Source: Felis catus
Lineage: Eukaryota
Direction: 5' to 3'
Assembly (NCBI RefSeq): GCF_018350175.1
Contig: NC_058368.1
Location: 127,598,001 to 127,662,000, forward strand
Length of the DNA: 64,000 nucleotides
Shown here: piece by piece, positions 49,885 through 62,869 of the stretch
How positions within the stretch are numbered: the first letter of the stretch is position 1
Layout of the letters: each line of letters starts with the position of its first letter
Made by a program: the position numbers and the translations under genes
Notes under the pieces: generated by a model
Database searches by the model: none
What the model was told of the DNA's origin: nothing
What the model saw: only the letters and a program-made list of their open reading frames with translations

Positions 49885-49989
49885 AATTTTTTATAAAGAT
49901 CTAATAATCTAGGGAACAGTAAGACTCTAAAGATAATTGAAAGGAAACAGGATGTGTAAAAGAGATCTTTCGGTAATGCTTCTGGAGTG

Positions 49990-50055
49990 TATTTTAATAA
50001 GTGGACTCTTATTTTAATAAGAGTGGACTTATTTTAATAAGGTGGACTCTTATTT
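49990..50055. repeat. ~20-bp minisatellite, 3 copies
   Basis: tattttaataa-(ga/g)gtggact(ct) x3. Confidence 0.9.
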
Positions 50056-51434
50056 GAATGATGCATTGATGCCTCAAAGGAGTTGGGGATCCTCTTTAAG
50101 ATTTCTCTACAGAGTCCGCCGTGCTTGGTTCTTTCATTTGGGACTGATTGCTACCCCTGGTCATCAAGCTGGAGGAGTTCAGCTGGGTAGGCATTGGCAA
50201 ACCTCAGCAAGATGAGGTTAGCTTAACCCCAAACTATATCCTATTATGTAACATAAATAAGGAATCCACAAAACAGAACCCTATGAAGGCTGCATCCCAT
50301 GAAACCAAATAGATAAATTACTAAGTAACACACGTATAGTAAGAAGCAAGCTATATTTATATAAGGATTGGCCAATGGGCTTCATTTCAAGTGCAAGCTC
50401 TGATTCATTCAATGTGATCTGTCTGCAACACTCTGAGAAAGATTACAAGGACTAGTCTCAGAGCACAGGCAAAAAAAAAAAAAATACTAGAATAAATGTA
50501 TTTATAATGTGGGAGTAGTAGGAATTATAGCATTTGACACATACTTGTCACTCCTGATTTAAAGAGTATCTACAGAGATTTTCTTGTGTTGTTCATGTAG
50601 TGGCCGGCCCTAGAGCAAATGGAGAAGAGATTAAGCATACAGTCACAGGAACACATTAAACACACAAATATATGCACACATACACAGACACTATATATGA
50701 TACACACAGACATAAATAATTGTAACAAGGGGTGAAGGCTACAGGAACAGGAAAAATTTGACTTTGAGAATGGTATGTATTAGAATGTGTAATTGTTTGG
50801 CTAAAAAATCAGGTTCTTTAGTGAACAGTTAATTACTGGTAGATTTTATTTTTCTACATTAAAGGAATAACTTGGGGAAAATTCATTTTTATATATACCT
50901 AACTGTGTAAATTACATAACATTTAAACAATTATGTGGATTCTTTCCTCACTCTCTTCAAGATTAATTATCTCTGAAGCCAGCTTGGCGGGTGCAGGGCT
51001 AGTGGCCTCTGGTGACATCACGGCTGTTTTTCCCACATTCTAGAAGTACCATCTTTCAATTTGTCAGGGATCCCACAAAGAAAGAAAAGTAACTTTCTTT
51101 GTAGGAATTCTTGAGGTTCTGGTTAACCACAAAAACTAATGGCTTTATGATGAAGCACATTTCATTGAAAAAGAATCCAAAACCATCCGTGATACATATG
51201 AACATTTGGTCAGGGCCTATGTTCAAAGCCCTTTACAAAATTGCTATTATAATATAATTCTACAACTGTCCCTTAATTGCTCAATTTTTCCCTATTCCAT
51301 TTAAGTAGTTTTCAAAGTTATCTTCATTTCCCTTACTAATTAAATAGAAATAGCACAAAAGAGGCCACTAGTAAACCTGGCGTCACACACATCTAATGGA
51401 CATATATTCAACTAAAGTTCATCTTCTCTTTTTA

Positions 51435-51668
51435 TTTTTTTTTTATTTTTAAAAAAAATTTTTTTTCAACATTTATTTATTTTTGGGACAGAGAGAGACA
51501 GAGCATGAACGGGGGAGGGGCAGAGAGAGAGGGAGACACAGAATCGGAAACAGGCTCCAGGCTCTGAGCCATCAGCCCAGAGCCCGACGCGGGGCTGAAC
51601 TCACGGACCGCGAGATCGTGACCTGGCTGAAGTCGGACGCTTAACCGACTGCGCCACCCAGGCGCCCC
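51435..51668 (-). mobile_element. Young SINEC_Fc
   Basis: TSD tcatcttctcttttta at 51419-51434 and 51669-51684. Confidence 0.97.
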
Positions 51669-51736
51669 TCATCTTCTCTTTTTAAAATACCGTGGAAAGA
51701 CATCTTGCTTTTGAAATTTGAAAAACTCCATTAGAT

Positions 51737-51957
51737 GGGGTGCCTGAGTGGCTCAGTTGGTTAAGCGTCCGACTTCAGCCAGGTCACGATCTCGCGGTCC
51801 GTGAGTTCGAGCCCCGCGTCGGGCTCTGGGCTGACAGCTCGGAGCCTGAAGCCTGTTTCAGATTCTGTGTCTCCCTCTCTCTCTGAGCCTCCCCCGTTCA
51901 TGCTGTGTCTCTCTCTGTCTTAAAAATAAATAAACATTAAAATAAAAAAAAAAGAAA
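51737..51957 (+). mobile_element. SINEC_Fc-type SINE
   Basis: TSD aaaaactccattag at 51721-51734 and 51958-51971. Confidence 0.96.
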
Positions 51958-53474
51958 AAAAACTCCATTAGGGCTTGTTTCTTTTTAAAATCCTGACGTC
52001 AGATGAAAACTCTATATATCCATATCTACGTCTATATATCTTTAATGTTCAGGATCACACTGTTACTGAGGGTTCATCCGTACTAGTTACCTGATAAGTA
52101 TCTGTTTACAAGTAGAGCCAGCTTTAGCCAAGACATCAGTGTAAGACGCAGGATGGGGTTCATTCCTATGAGCAAGAAGTACCTAAAAGAGAACTGACAG
52201 ATATTCTCTACATTTGGATTCAAATGACAGGGTGAAAGATAGCATCTTCTCATCTGTAACTGGACCCAAAAGACCCTAGTAGGGGGAGGCTTTTCTCCTG
52301 GTTCCAGCACACCGTTAGCCACCCTACCTTATAGCAGTAACTGCTAAGGGCAGGACATGATTCATATCTTTTGAGCTTTCTGTAGCTTCAGTATTTGTAC
52401 ACCCAAAACAAAGAAACATAAGACGTAGAAAATGAAAGTTTGAGAAGCTTAAGTTTAGATTTTCAGAATCAGTAATTTCTGGGAAGTCCAGGAATCAAGT
52501 AAATATATTCATTCCAACCTGATCTGTCTTACCACCATCATGCAATAAAGCAATGTCTGCAACCTTTAAATAAATATGTATGCCTCCCATATGAGACATT
52601 TGGAGGTAAAACTGAGAGGAAAAAATTATTTACAATTAGCTATCATTGTTATCACTATCATTACCATCATCATTGTCTTCAGAGAGCATTTACCAAACAT
52701 CTGCACATTTCATTAAGAGCCAGCTGCTGCCCTTTGGGCATTAACATTTTAGAATATTCCACACTGACAACTAAAGAATATAGAAAGAACTGAAAAACAT
52801 CAAATATATTGGCTCAGAAAGGTAAAGAACATATTTGTATTTCATGAATAAGACAGAGCCGTGAAAATTGCCTATTCTGATGGGTTCAGATTGCAGATAA
52901 ACAGTTTTGCTTTTTCTAACTATAAATTTTTAAAAATCTCTCAGTAATCCTTCGAACTGAAAGTGTATTCAAATATCATTTTAATGGTTAAGAAACCATC
53001 CTTGTAATACTGTTTAATTAGGGCACACAAAGCAAGAAGCTGTAAAAGTACTAAAAAGGGCTTCTCTTTGGGGACAGCACTGGTATGACTAGAAGCCTCA
53101 GCATAATAATACTGCTTTATAACTGGCTTAAAGAAGGAGAATTAGTTTCTGAAATGGAATAAGAAAAGGTCAGAAACAAAAATAATCTATTTTTCTTAAG
53201 AGATTGTTTTAGACGTAGCATTTTATTTGAAAACTATTGTTTCCTGCCAAGAACACAGCAGAACAGAAAAACAGCACTTTTTAGATTTGAGGGAGGAAAA
53301 CTCACAGGATCAATAAAATGTGAAAGTAAGTAAGTGCAGAGAGAATGGTCAAGATGAGGGCAGACTGGTTGTCCCAGTGATCATAAAAGCTAGGAAAATG
53401 AGATGAACAATATCACTGTCTTCCAGGCTTTGGGGCCAAGGCCAAGATTTTCTGAAAAAATTGGTTACTTTTAA

Positions 53475-53720
53475 TAATGATAACACACCAACAATAGTTG
53501 CTTGTATTAAATGTTTCATGCACCAGGCTCCATACCCAGGGTTTTACATGCATTATCTCATGCAATCACAGCACCAACCTGTAGCAATATGATAAATATT
53601 ACAATGCCCCCATTAAGAATGGGAAAATTGAGGCTTCAAGATATCATGCAGCTTGACCTTAGTCATATCCTAAGTGTTAGAACCCAAAATTGAACTCACC
53701 TTTGTCTGACCCTAAGACTC
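53475..53720 (-). mobile_element. MIR
   Basis: gttttacatgcattatctcatgcaatc...cccattaagaatgggaaaattgaggctt...ttgaactcacctttgtctgac. Confidence 0.8.
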
Positions 53721-54233
53721 TTAGATCTGCTTTACATATTGCCTTCTCAAGGTTCCACTTTCTCTGAACCATCTACTGTCTTAAAATAAAAGTGAAATCT
53801 TAAGAAGCGGTGCAAGAAGAAAGCACAGGTTGCCTCGTAGGCCAGAGCAAGGGAAGAGAGAGAACCCAGTAGAGCTGATGCAAAGTAGATCAGATAAAAA
53901 GAAGGGCCTCGACTGTGTTAACCTAAGTCAGCACAGGAAAGAGTACGACTGAGAAAAACCAAAGACGGACGAAAAACAGAAACATAGGCACAGAAAAATA
54001 ACAACTGCAGCCATTCATAGAGAAAAGACATATCAACCTGAATTCCAACTCAAGTAAACACTAGGGTAGCTCAGAGTGATGACAGCCGATTCTAGAGATT
54101 GTACTGCTAGAAAAGATCCCTGGTCTGGCAGACGAAAGTATGGGATCCAAAGATCAAACAACATGAATAAGTTGCAGGCCAAAGCCTGAGGTCAGCTTGG
54201 CCATCCATGGCTACTTCTCAAACAGAAATTCCT

Positions 54234-54483
54234 GGGGTGCCTGGGTGGCTCAGCTGGTTCAGCATCCAACTTCGGCTCAGGTCATGATCTCACGGTTCAT
54301 GGGTTTGAGCTCCACGTCGGGCTCTGTGCTGACAGATCAGAGCCTGAAGCCTGCTTCAGATTCTGTGTCTCCTTCACTCTCTGTCCCTCCCTGGCTCATG
54401 CTTTCTCTCCCTCTCTCTCCCTCCCTCCCTCTCTCTCTCTCTCTCAAAACTAAACATTTATTTCTTTTTTTTGAAAAAAAAAA
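54234..54483 (+). mobile_element. CAN-SINE
   Basis: Full element with short TSD agaaattc. Confidence 0.94.
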
Positions 54484-54688
54484 GAGAAATTCATGAACCT
54501 TTGTAGACTCAAAGGAATATGTTTCAGTGCCTTGGCAAGGATTACTTATGCTGGAATCTGCCAGGCTTCCAACTACTGACATAATTGCCCTGGGTCCCAC
54601 ATGGAAACTCACCCACAATGTATGATCCTTAGAAAGATGTTGAGATCATGGAGAAAAGAAATGAGAAAATGAGTTATGATTAAAATGC

Positions 54689-54898
54689 TTTTTTTAGATT
54701 ATTTATTTTTTGAGAGAGAGAGAGAGACAGAGAGAGCTGGGGAGGGGCAGAGAAAGAGGGAGAGAGAATCCCAAGCAGGGATTAGCTCTGTTAGCATAGA
54801 GCTCAAAGCAGGGCCTGAACTCACTAACTGTGAGATCATTACCTGAGTTGAAATCAAGAGTCAGATGCTTAACTGACTGAGCCACTCAGGTGTCCCCC
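54689..54898 (-). mobile_element. CAN-SINE (older)
   Basis: Head and GA tract on the minus strand. Confidence 0.92.
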
Positions 54899-55219
54899 GT
54901 AAGTTTACATACCGTCTACAGCAGCAATGGTCATTCCTTTCCTAGTCAAGAATCCCCATTGCTTCTACAGAATATGTATAGACTACATATGTAGGAGATA
55001 AATTTGTTTATATGTAATTAATGAGTTTTTCAACAACAACAACAATTCCTAAAATCGGTGTACTGCAAAAACAGACTTGAAATCTCAAAAACCTAAACAT
55101 TCATGTAAAGATGGTTTCTTGCCTCAGTTTTGATATTTGGTAATTTGTATTTCTGTAAATACAAATCTGACTAAGTATATGTGACTAGAATACCAACATA
55201 TAGAACAGAGAAAAACAGG

Positions 55220-55900
55220 TCCCTTCTGACTAAAGCAGAGGTGAGAGTCTGAAGGAAAGTAAGGATGAGGTTAATCTGATGGAGAGGTCAATGCAGGTCT
55301 TGACAAGTAGTAGAATCTTAGGGAGAAGTGGCATAGTTAAACTGGAAAACAGAAGTGACAGCTGGAGAGTGGGATGTGTGAACTAGTGATTCTGGAAGTG
55401 GAGTTCTGTATTATGAAAGTTGAAGCAAGGCTAAGAATGTGCAGGCCACTGTGGAGAGGAAAAGGTACTCTGTGCAAAGGGCTCAGGAAACCAAGTGGTT
55501 TGGGCAACAAACAGGGTGTCCATTAGAGTGAATGAATTTGGAAAAAGAGACCAACTAATGTGGAAGATTCTGGAAAGGCAGTCAATGACAGCACAAGAGA
55601 ATTGACAGTCAGCTTAGCATCAACTCCAAGGAAGAGAGGGAAGAATAATGTCCAAGTGACAATGGAGGAGAAGGAGGACTCCCACTTAGTCTTCTCACCC
55701 TGAAGCGAGTAGGGCATGAAAGAGTAAGAGCAGTTACCACAGAGATGTGGAGAGGGACAGGCAGTTTTAGTTAAGTCAAATTTCAAATAGGTTTCAAGTG
55801 TCAAAGAACGAAGTTCAGAGAGAATTTTCTGAGAAGCCATTGGGGACATAGGGAGAAGATGACTCATTTTAAAGAATAATTTTTCTCTGGAATTACTGAA
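55220..55900 (-). mobile_element. L2 fragment (ORF2 region, diverged)
   Basis: Purine-rich antisense L2-like sequence: gagagtctgaaggaaag...aatgaatttggaaaaagagaccaac...ttttagttaag...aggtttcaag. Confidence 0.4.
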
Positions 55901-55954
55901 CAGTGACAGTGTTTCTGTTTCAGGCATTGTCCAGTGTCAATTTGTATTTGTTTC

Positions 55955-55977
55955 ATTTTTTTAAGTTCATTTATTTT

Positions 55978-56039
<62 letters not shown>

Positions 56040-56164
56040 CCCAAGCAAGCTCCATGTTGTGAGCGCAGAGCCCAATGGGGTTCAGTCTCACAAATCGTGA
56101 AATCATTACCTGAGCCGAAATTGAGAATTGGACACGTAACCAACTGAGCCACGCAGGTGCCCCC
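55955..56164 (-). mobile_element. CAN-SINE with long (GA)n
   Basis: TSD agt(g/a)tcaattt near 55933 and 56165. Confidence 0.92.
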
Positions 56165-56266
56165 AGTATCAATTTAAAAAGCAGTTCACACTCCATTGTT
56201 GAGAAGTCTTGGCGCACACAGCCAGGGTGGTGGGAATTGTGGTGGTGATGGTGGAGGCAGTGGTGG

Positions 56267-56270
<4 letters not shown>

Positions 56271-56298
<28 letters not shown>

Positions 56299-56308
56299 CT
56301 GTGTGTGT
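56271..56308. repeat. (GT)n microsatellite
   Basis: GT run with one interruption. Confidence 0.95.
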
Positions 56309-57484
56309 TAGGCAGTGTTGTAGGAGAGGAGGTCAGAAGTGGTCTTCTGGAAAAATCACTTAGAAGTATTAGAAAAATTACTGTGCCCAAGCCTTACATA
56401 CAGATATTGAATACTATATAGAAAGAGTCTATGCAATCTGATTATCTCTTTTATGTGTCAGTTGATATGCCATGTCAATAATTTAAGTCAAAAGAGACAT
56501 ATATATTCTCTGAAATAATCAAATACACATTCAAACTCCCTTTTTGTATCAACAAATACACCTTTCTCTGCATAAACAAGTCTACCTAATACCAAAAGAA
56601 CCCAAAGAACAAAACTCCACCACAAATACCAAAAATATGACAACTTTACTGTCTATTGAGCTCATCTTGACTTATTATCAACAGACAATGCTATGTTCCC
56701 TGCCTCCACTTACCATCTTACTTTCCTAAAGTGAGAGGCCTTATAGCAAGGGAGCATGTCCTTGCTGCTTACTACGAGGAAATATCAACAGCTGGACAGT
56801 ATTGACATTTTTACATACATAAATTGATGATAATAGCTTGCACCAGAATAACCACATTAGAGAAAGTTTAAAAATGAGATCATATACACAGAACTATTGG
56901 GAATGGAATGATTACATTTTAATTTGACATCTGATCATGCAAAGTTGTAAATGGAATTCAGAGGCCCTGTGGACTATGGAGGAAGATCAATGCACCAACC
57001 TGTGAAACATCATCCTTTGTAATCTCCAAATACAAAGGCTAAACATTCATTTGTCATGCTTCACGCTCTCTGATCACACTTTTTAAGCAAAGAAAGTGTT
57101 GACTGGGCATTGTTCCCCAGTAAAGCCTGTGAAAATCAAATACATTTGTGAACTGTAAATAAAATTTCATAGGTTAACAGTCACTAATAATAGCTTGTAA
57201 TTGATGAACAGCCTGCTAGGTAAATAGGTAGCTTTGAAATTTCAGAAGTGATGGGGTTCTCCTCATAAATAGTCTAAAGGAGGTAGTCGTTTAGGAGAAA
57301 TTTTTTGTACTTTGACCATCCACCATCTCATAACTCTCTTTCAATTGCCCCTTTCCACTTCCCAATTACAACATCCTTTCAGAAAAGGATTTAACATTTC
57401 TAATACACAACCAGATGGTCCTCACATTTTAAATGGCACAACGAGCCTTGTACCAAGAAATAGTGTAACGCAATTTAGTTCAAA

Positions 57485-57665
57485 GAAGTGGTGCTGTTTT
57501 AGGGGATGAGGTCTTTGGATCCATACTGGCTTAGGTTTGAGTTTTTGCTCTGCTAATTCCTGGTTGTATGTTCTTGAGAAGTAACTTAACTTTCTGATGT
57601 TTAATTTCCTTATCTGTAAAATAAGCGTAATCATTTCCAGGACAACACTAACTTATGTGAGGACT
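57485..57665 (+). mobile_element. MIR
   Basis: ttaggtttgagtttttgctctgctaattcctggttgtatgttcttgagaagtaacttaac...tttccttatctgtaaaata. Confidence 0.75.
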
Positions 57666-58008
57666 CTGCATCTTATAAAAAGGTAGATGCATCCCCTGAG
57701 ATACTTGGATTAGCAAGAGGAGTGCCTTGGATTTGAGCTCCACTCTCCCCTTCAGCTACATGCATTGTTTCAGGGCACAAACAGCACTAGATACATGATA
57801 GTTACCTAACTGGACTGTTAAGAAGAATATAGGAAATGGTGTGTGTGGACATGACTTACCATAGGGTCCCAGGCATTGTAATTTTTTCAAAGCTATTTTC
57901 TTATATTCCTCCGAGCTTACATTTGATTATTGCTTGCATATATATGAACACATACACACATACACACTCATTGAATAAATTGAATAAATAATAAGTTTAT
58001 ATTAATAC

Positions 58009-58258
58009 TTTTTAATGTTTAACTTTTAAAATTTTATTTCCGAGAGAGAGAGAGCATGTGAACAAGCAGGGGAGAGGAACAGAGGGAGAGAGACAGACAG
58101 ACAGAAGGAGACACAGAGAGAGAGAGATGAGAGAATCATAAGCCGGGTCTACACTCAGTGTGGAGCCTGACACAGGACTCAGTCCCATGACCCTGAGATC
58201 ATGACCTGAGCTGAAATCAAGAGTTGGATGCTCAACCAGCTAAGCCACCCAGGTGCCC
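58009..58258 (-). mobile_element. CAN-SINE (older)
   Basis: TSD aa(g/a)tttatattaata at 57993 and 58263. Confidence 0.93.
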
Positions 58259-58442
58259 TTTTAAATTTATATTAATAATTAATTAGTAAATGATAATACT
58301 TTCACTTGAAATATTGAAACTCTGTGGGGCAAGTTATTTCCAACTTAAATCATCAGAAAAATCTTGCATGTATGTGATGTATGTGAGACCAGAGAATACA
58401 GACATAGTATTGCCTAGTATGCTTAAGAATAAACTTGGTAGA

Positions 58443-58655
58443 GGGGCGCCTGGGTGGCGCAGTCGGTTAAGCGTCCGACTTTAGCCAGGTCACGATCTCG
58501 CGGTCCGTGAGTTTGAGCCCCGCGTCGGGCTCTGGGCTGATGGCTCAGAGCCTGGAGCCTGTTTCCGATTCTGTGTCTCCCTCTCTCTCTGCCCCTCGCC
58601 CGTTCATGCTCTGTCTCTCTCTGTCCCAAAAATAAATAAACGTTGAAAAAAAAAA
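58443..58655 (+). mobile_element. Young SINEC_Fc
   Basis: Perfect 20-bp flanking repeat ttaagaataaacttggtaga at 58423-58442 and 58656-58675. Confidence 0.97.
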
Positions 58656-58908
58656 TTAAGAATAAACTTGGTAGAAAATTTCATGAGTAACAAATAGTGT
58701 AGTGACTTATCTGTCATTCTGTGTGTATGAACAGAAGGAAAAACAATAAATTAAAGTTATGAATGTAACAGGCCAGATCCCTATCCCAGGACTTGTCTGT
58801 CTGTCCTAGCTATGCTTACAATGTAATAATCTTGCTAGAATGAATTGGTATATCGTTTCCTCCATTATGAAGACAAGTAGTTCAGTCTGAGGCCACAATG
58901 TGGCATAA

Positions 58909-59131
58909 TTTCTTTTCTTTTTTTTTTTTTTTAATGTTTATTTCTGAGAAAGAGAAACAGACAGATGTGAGTGGGGGAGGGGTGGAGAGAGAGGGAGACA
59001 CAGAATCCAAAGCAGGCTCCAGGCTCGGAGCTATCAGCACAGAGCCTGACGTGGGGTTAGAACTCATGTACCATGAGACCATGACCTGAGCGGAAGTGAG
59101 ATGCTTAACCGACTGAGTCACCCACACACCC
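58909..59131 (-). mobile_element. CAN-SINE
   Basis: Head, GA tract and T tail. Confidence 0.93.
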
Positions 59132-61319
59132 ATATAATAGTTGTCGTGGAGAAAAGTGAAACATTCAATATTCCTCAGAGTGCTATGGGAGTACAAAGTG
59201 GTCTTCCAGGTAGAGGTCAATTCCTGCCTTATTCTTGGTTCATTTTCCCTGGATTTCATGCAGATTTGGCAACGAATAGTGCTGGTATTAGAGAGAGAGA
59301 GGGTGAGAGGGAGAGAGAGGAGATTCTGAAGAGAAAACCCACTTGGATTCTTTGCAGCATGTGCTCTTATGCTTGGAAAAGTATTGCTTCCTAGGAGAAT
59401 ATGAACACCCTTATTTCACAGTGTACTACAAAGGAGAAAATAAAATAACTTTAGCTACCTGCTAAGAACATAAACACAAGCACACTCACACATACACAAC
59501 TATAATTAGTTCAGTGAAATGGAAACCTTAGGATTTCAAGGTAAAATTAACCACATTTAGGAAAGTCAAGATTGTTACAATGCCAGGAACTTCGAACCAG
59601 CTGAAAACAATCCCAAGACTAATTTAAGGTGACAGGCATTCCTATAACTGGTATCCTACTGAACTCTGAGAGAGAATTTTTTCCATATTATTCTCTCAGG
59701 GCTCCACAGGATGAAAACCAAGACCTATACGTCATTTTTCTTCCTCCCAACAAACTCCTCGAAACCGCTATCAATATTCTCACAATGTGATACCCTATGC
59801 CATCTAAATCAGATGTATAAATAAAGTGTTTTTAATGACAAGAAAAAATATCAGGTTGAGAAATGATGACACTTCATATAATATCATTGGAATCCAGATC
59901 CCATTTCCATGTGGTAATTGGCAATGTATTGTCCCAGTGGGCTTGGCTCTGTCAGTATTCTACCAACCAAAGCACCAGCTGACTCCCAGAGTCGGGAGAG
60001 AAAACCTTGGTAGAATTAACCTTGCAGAGGGGAGCGATGTCACCATACACTCTCCTCAGCTCAACTCATGGAAAGAAAACATATTTCAGATAAGAAAGAT
60101 TGTGGGAGAGGAATGTTCCTCTAAACTATATTTGTACTATTGTTTCCGCTAGTCATTTGTTTGGATAATTGGCTTTTCTGAATTTAAACACTGGAATCAC
60201 AATGAATGACCCTTTGTTGAAAGCTTTAGCGAATGCATTAGTTACATTTAAATTGCAAACTCTGTTCCACTTTTCCAAGCTTGATAATGCCTTCCTCAGT
60301 CATGGATCTGAAATTGGGCCCCATTCACTTCTCAGAGCTATTTTTTCTATCTTCAGCATCTCACCTGGGACTGCACAGATTTTTCACTTTATGCCCATCT
60401 CTGTTCCAAATGGCTATCGCAAAAGACACAAGAACAAATAGTGTTGTGTGTATGTAGAGAAGGTCACCTGGTCTAAAGATCTCCTCCGGTGCTGGCGAGT
60501 TCTCTAGAAGCCAATTAGCTCAGCAGGCAATGGCTAACCTGTTTACCACAAAATGTTCCATCTGGTGCTGCACTGAAGCATACTTTTATTCATTTTTTTT
60601 TAACAACTGAAGCATTTCTTTTTTAACTAAAATTTCAGAAAACTATGTAACTAACACTCTCCATAGGATAAGGAGTCTGGGTCTTTGAATAATTTTTAGT
60701 AATACTGAAGACATGTAGAAAGAAGTTTATTTAGTCATTCCCTGACACTATAAGTCACGTGCTTGCCAATTTTCATTTGTCCCACAGTGCCCTATAATCC
60801 TGGAAGTGAAAAGAGATTCTCTCTCATTGTAAAGGAGACAAACCTCATGCTTTTTAACTTAACACAAAGAGTTCCTCAGTCCACTCGGTTTTAAATGTAT
60901 ACAGTTCATCAGCTACTTTAACCAGGCAGCCACAGCAGGGGTTTAAATGTTACCAAAATCAATTCTTCTCCTTCCCCTGTTCTGGGCTGTTCTTGCCCAT
61001 CACTGTCTTCTGAGGAGCTGTCTCCCCAACAGGAAAGGCAGTCTTGGCAGCAAGAACACTCTGCAGCAATGCCATGGGGGCACAGGGCTTGTGACCGCCT
61101 AGCTCTGGGTGTGGTCACAGAGACAAGTTGCTGATCACTTACATAAAGGTCAATAGCAATTAGCTGCAGGAGTCTGTTTAGGAGCCTTGTGGTTATGCAC
61201 TCCTGTTCAGAGTAAAAACTCCTCAATTCGAAATCTGTTCTGCCACAAACTACGTGGTGAGCTAATTCTAGAAAGAAATCTAGAAAGAAAAACAAGGAGG
61301 AAAACATTACCAATCACCT

Positions 61320-61630
61320 AAGGCTGCTACTGAGTTGAAATTCAGTTGTATCTGCATAGTTAGAGCCCTTCCCACCTCTGCCACTTTGTATTGTGTGATC
61401 GTGCCCAGGTCACCAAACATCTCTGCCTTGGACTCCTCACCTATAAAATATATATATAAATATATAAATATAAATATAAATATAAATATAAATATAAATA
61501 TGCATATATAAAATCAAAGGGAAGAGTGAATAATAATACCTCTTGGGGTTGCCGTGATGATTGAGTATATAAAAATGCTTAAAACAGTGCCTTGCACATA
61601 GTCAAATATAAGTGTTAGCCATTGCCATCA
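61320..61630 (+). mobile_element. MIR with internal (ATATAA)n expansion at ~61442-61512
   Basis: ctctgccactttgtattgtgtgatc...ctcctcacctataaaat[AT repeat]...taataatacctcttggggttgccgtgatgatt...tgcttaaaacagtgccttgcacatagt. Confidence 0.8.
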
Positions 61631-62419
61631 TCATCACCATAATTACAACAATCATCATTGGAATTCTTATAACTGCTTTATTATTTATGTGACTGTGTTC
61701 TAAATGACAGCTCTTATTTCTAATATTACTGTTTTCCTAGCTTATCTGTATCTCCTAATTTTCCTATAATGAATATGTATTTCTTTGGAGTGAGGAAAAA
61801 ATAGAAGTTATAATTAGAAAATAATGGTTTAAATTATTTTGGTGCTAAGAAATACATACAAGAGGTATAAGAAATAATCTCTTCTCTCAAGGATGTGAAT
61901 ACGTAGATGGAGGGTCAGAGCATATTATAACCAAACAAAGAGGCAGAGTGTAAACAAGGGAATTGGTTTTATGTCTTACCCCTGCCTCTTATGTTGCACT
62001 GCATCTGCGTTGAAATCACATTCACTATTTTGCCACAGTCCCACCACTTGAGACAGAGAAACAGAGAGAGACAGACGCACCCAAAACAGGGTTGACTTAG
62101 TAGATTTGCTAAATGTTGTGTATTCACATGGGGGAAACACTGGAGAGATCCATGGTAAAATTCCCATTGCATATCCTGCTGTCTCTGCAGTTCCTCTCCC
62201 ATCCATCTTCCCCTTACACAGACTCTCAAAGACTCATCTGCCCTCTGTAGTCTCTATTATTAATTCTCTTCCACTCACAAGGCATTCCAAGAAGCAAACA
62301 GGAATGTCCTCTCTGTTGGGCACATATTGAGAAGGTCGGGCAGATGTTACAAATAAAGACTCCTTTAGCTTTATTTTTATATCCAGCAATACATCTTTCT
62401 GGACATAGCTTCTTTTACC

Positions 62420-62572
62420 TTTTTTAAAAAAAAATGAGACACAATTTCCACATAGTGAAATGCACAGATGTTAAGTGTACAGTTTGATCAATTTGGATAA
62501 ACGAAGGTACAAGTATAACCCATAACCCTAGCAGGACACACAATATTTTCATCCCTCTAGCAATTCCCTGTG
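62420..62572 (-). mobile_element. L1M (MD/ME-like) 3' terminus
   Basis: tgagacacaatttccacatagtgaaatgcacagatgttaagtgtacagtttgatcaatttggataaa. Confidence 0.8.
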
Positions 62573-62599
62573 TGGGACCCAGTTTCTAACCCCAGCTTA

Positions 62600-62815
62600 G
62601 CAGTCCGCTAAGCACTTAGGTATTTAAATCTATTTACTTCTCACAAACTCCTATGCTTCAAAGTAGGTACTATGTTCTCATTCTCATCTTTTAGATGATG
62701 AGAATGAGTCACTGAGAAGCCAAGTAGCTTGCTGAAGGTCAAGGGTATTAGCAGGAACCCCAAGGCCCAGAGCAGGCAGTATGGCCTTCATGGCCTGTGA
62801 ACCACACTGCCATGC
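62600..62815 (-). mobile_element. MIR
   Basis: ctcacaaactcctatg...gtaggtactatg...tcatcttttagatgatgagaatgag...aagtagcttgctgaaggtca. Confidence 0.65.
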
Positions 62816-62869
62816 CAGGCAGTCTCTCAAATAGAAGGTAGCTTCTTGGCCCCCCAGAATTAAGCCTCC

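Noticed and set aside
49990..50055. Three regularly spaced tattttaataa repeats suggesting a CRISPR-like array
   Set aside because: The spacers are near-identical 9-10-mers, so this is a minisatellite. The context is mammalian with no cas genes.
51994..52001. Perfect CRE palindrome TGACGTCA
   Set aside because: A single 8-mer in 64 kb with no promoter context is compatible with chance.
54234..54898. Other inverted SINE pairs (54234/54689, 20864/21350, 58009/58443/58909)
   Set aside because: They involve different subfamilies with lower identity and wider spacing, so fold-back potential is much weaker than for the 51.4-52.0 kb pair.
80..59131. SINE strand skew (about 21 minus vs 12 plus) as evidence of a host-gene intron
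   Set aside because: The skew is too modest for n~33, and L1/LTR remnants show no consistent antisense bias.
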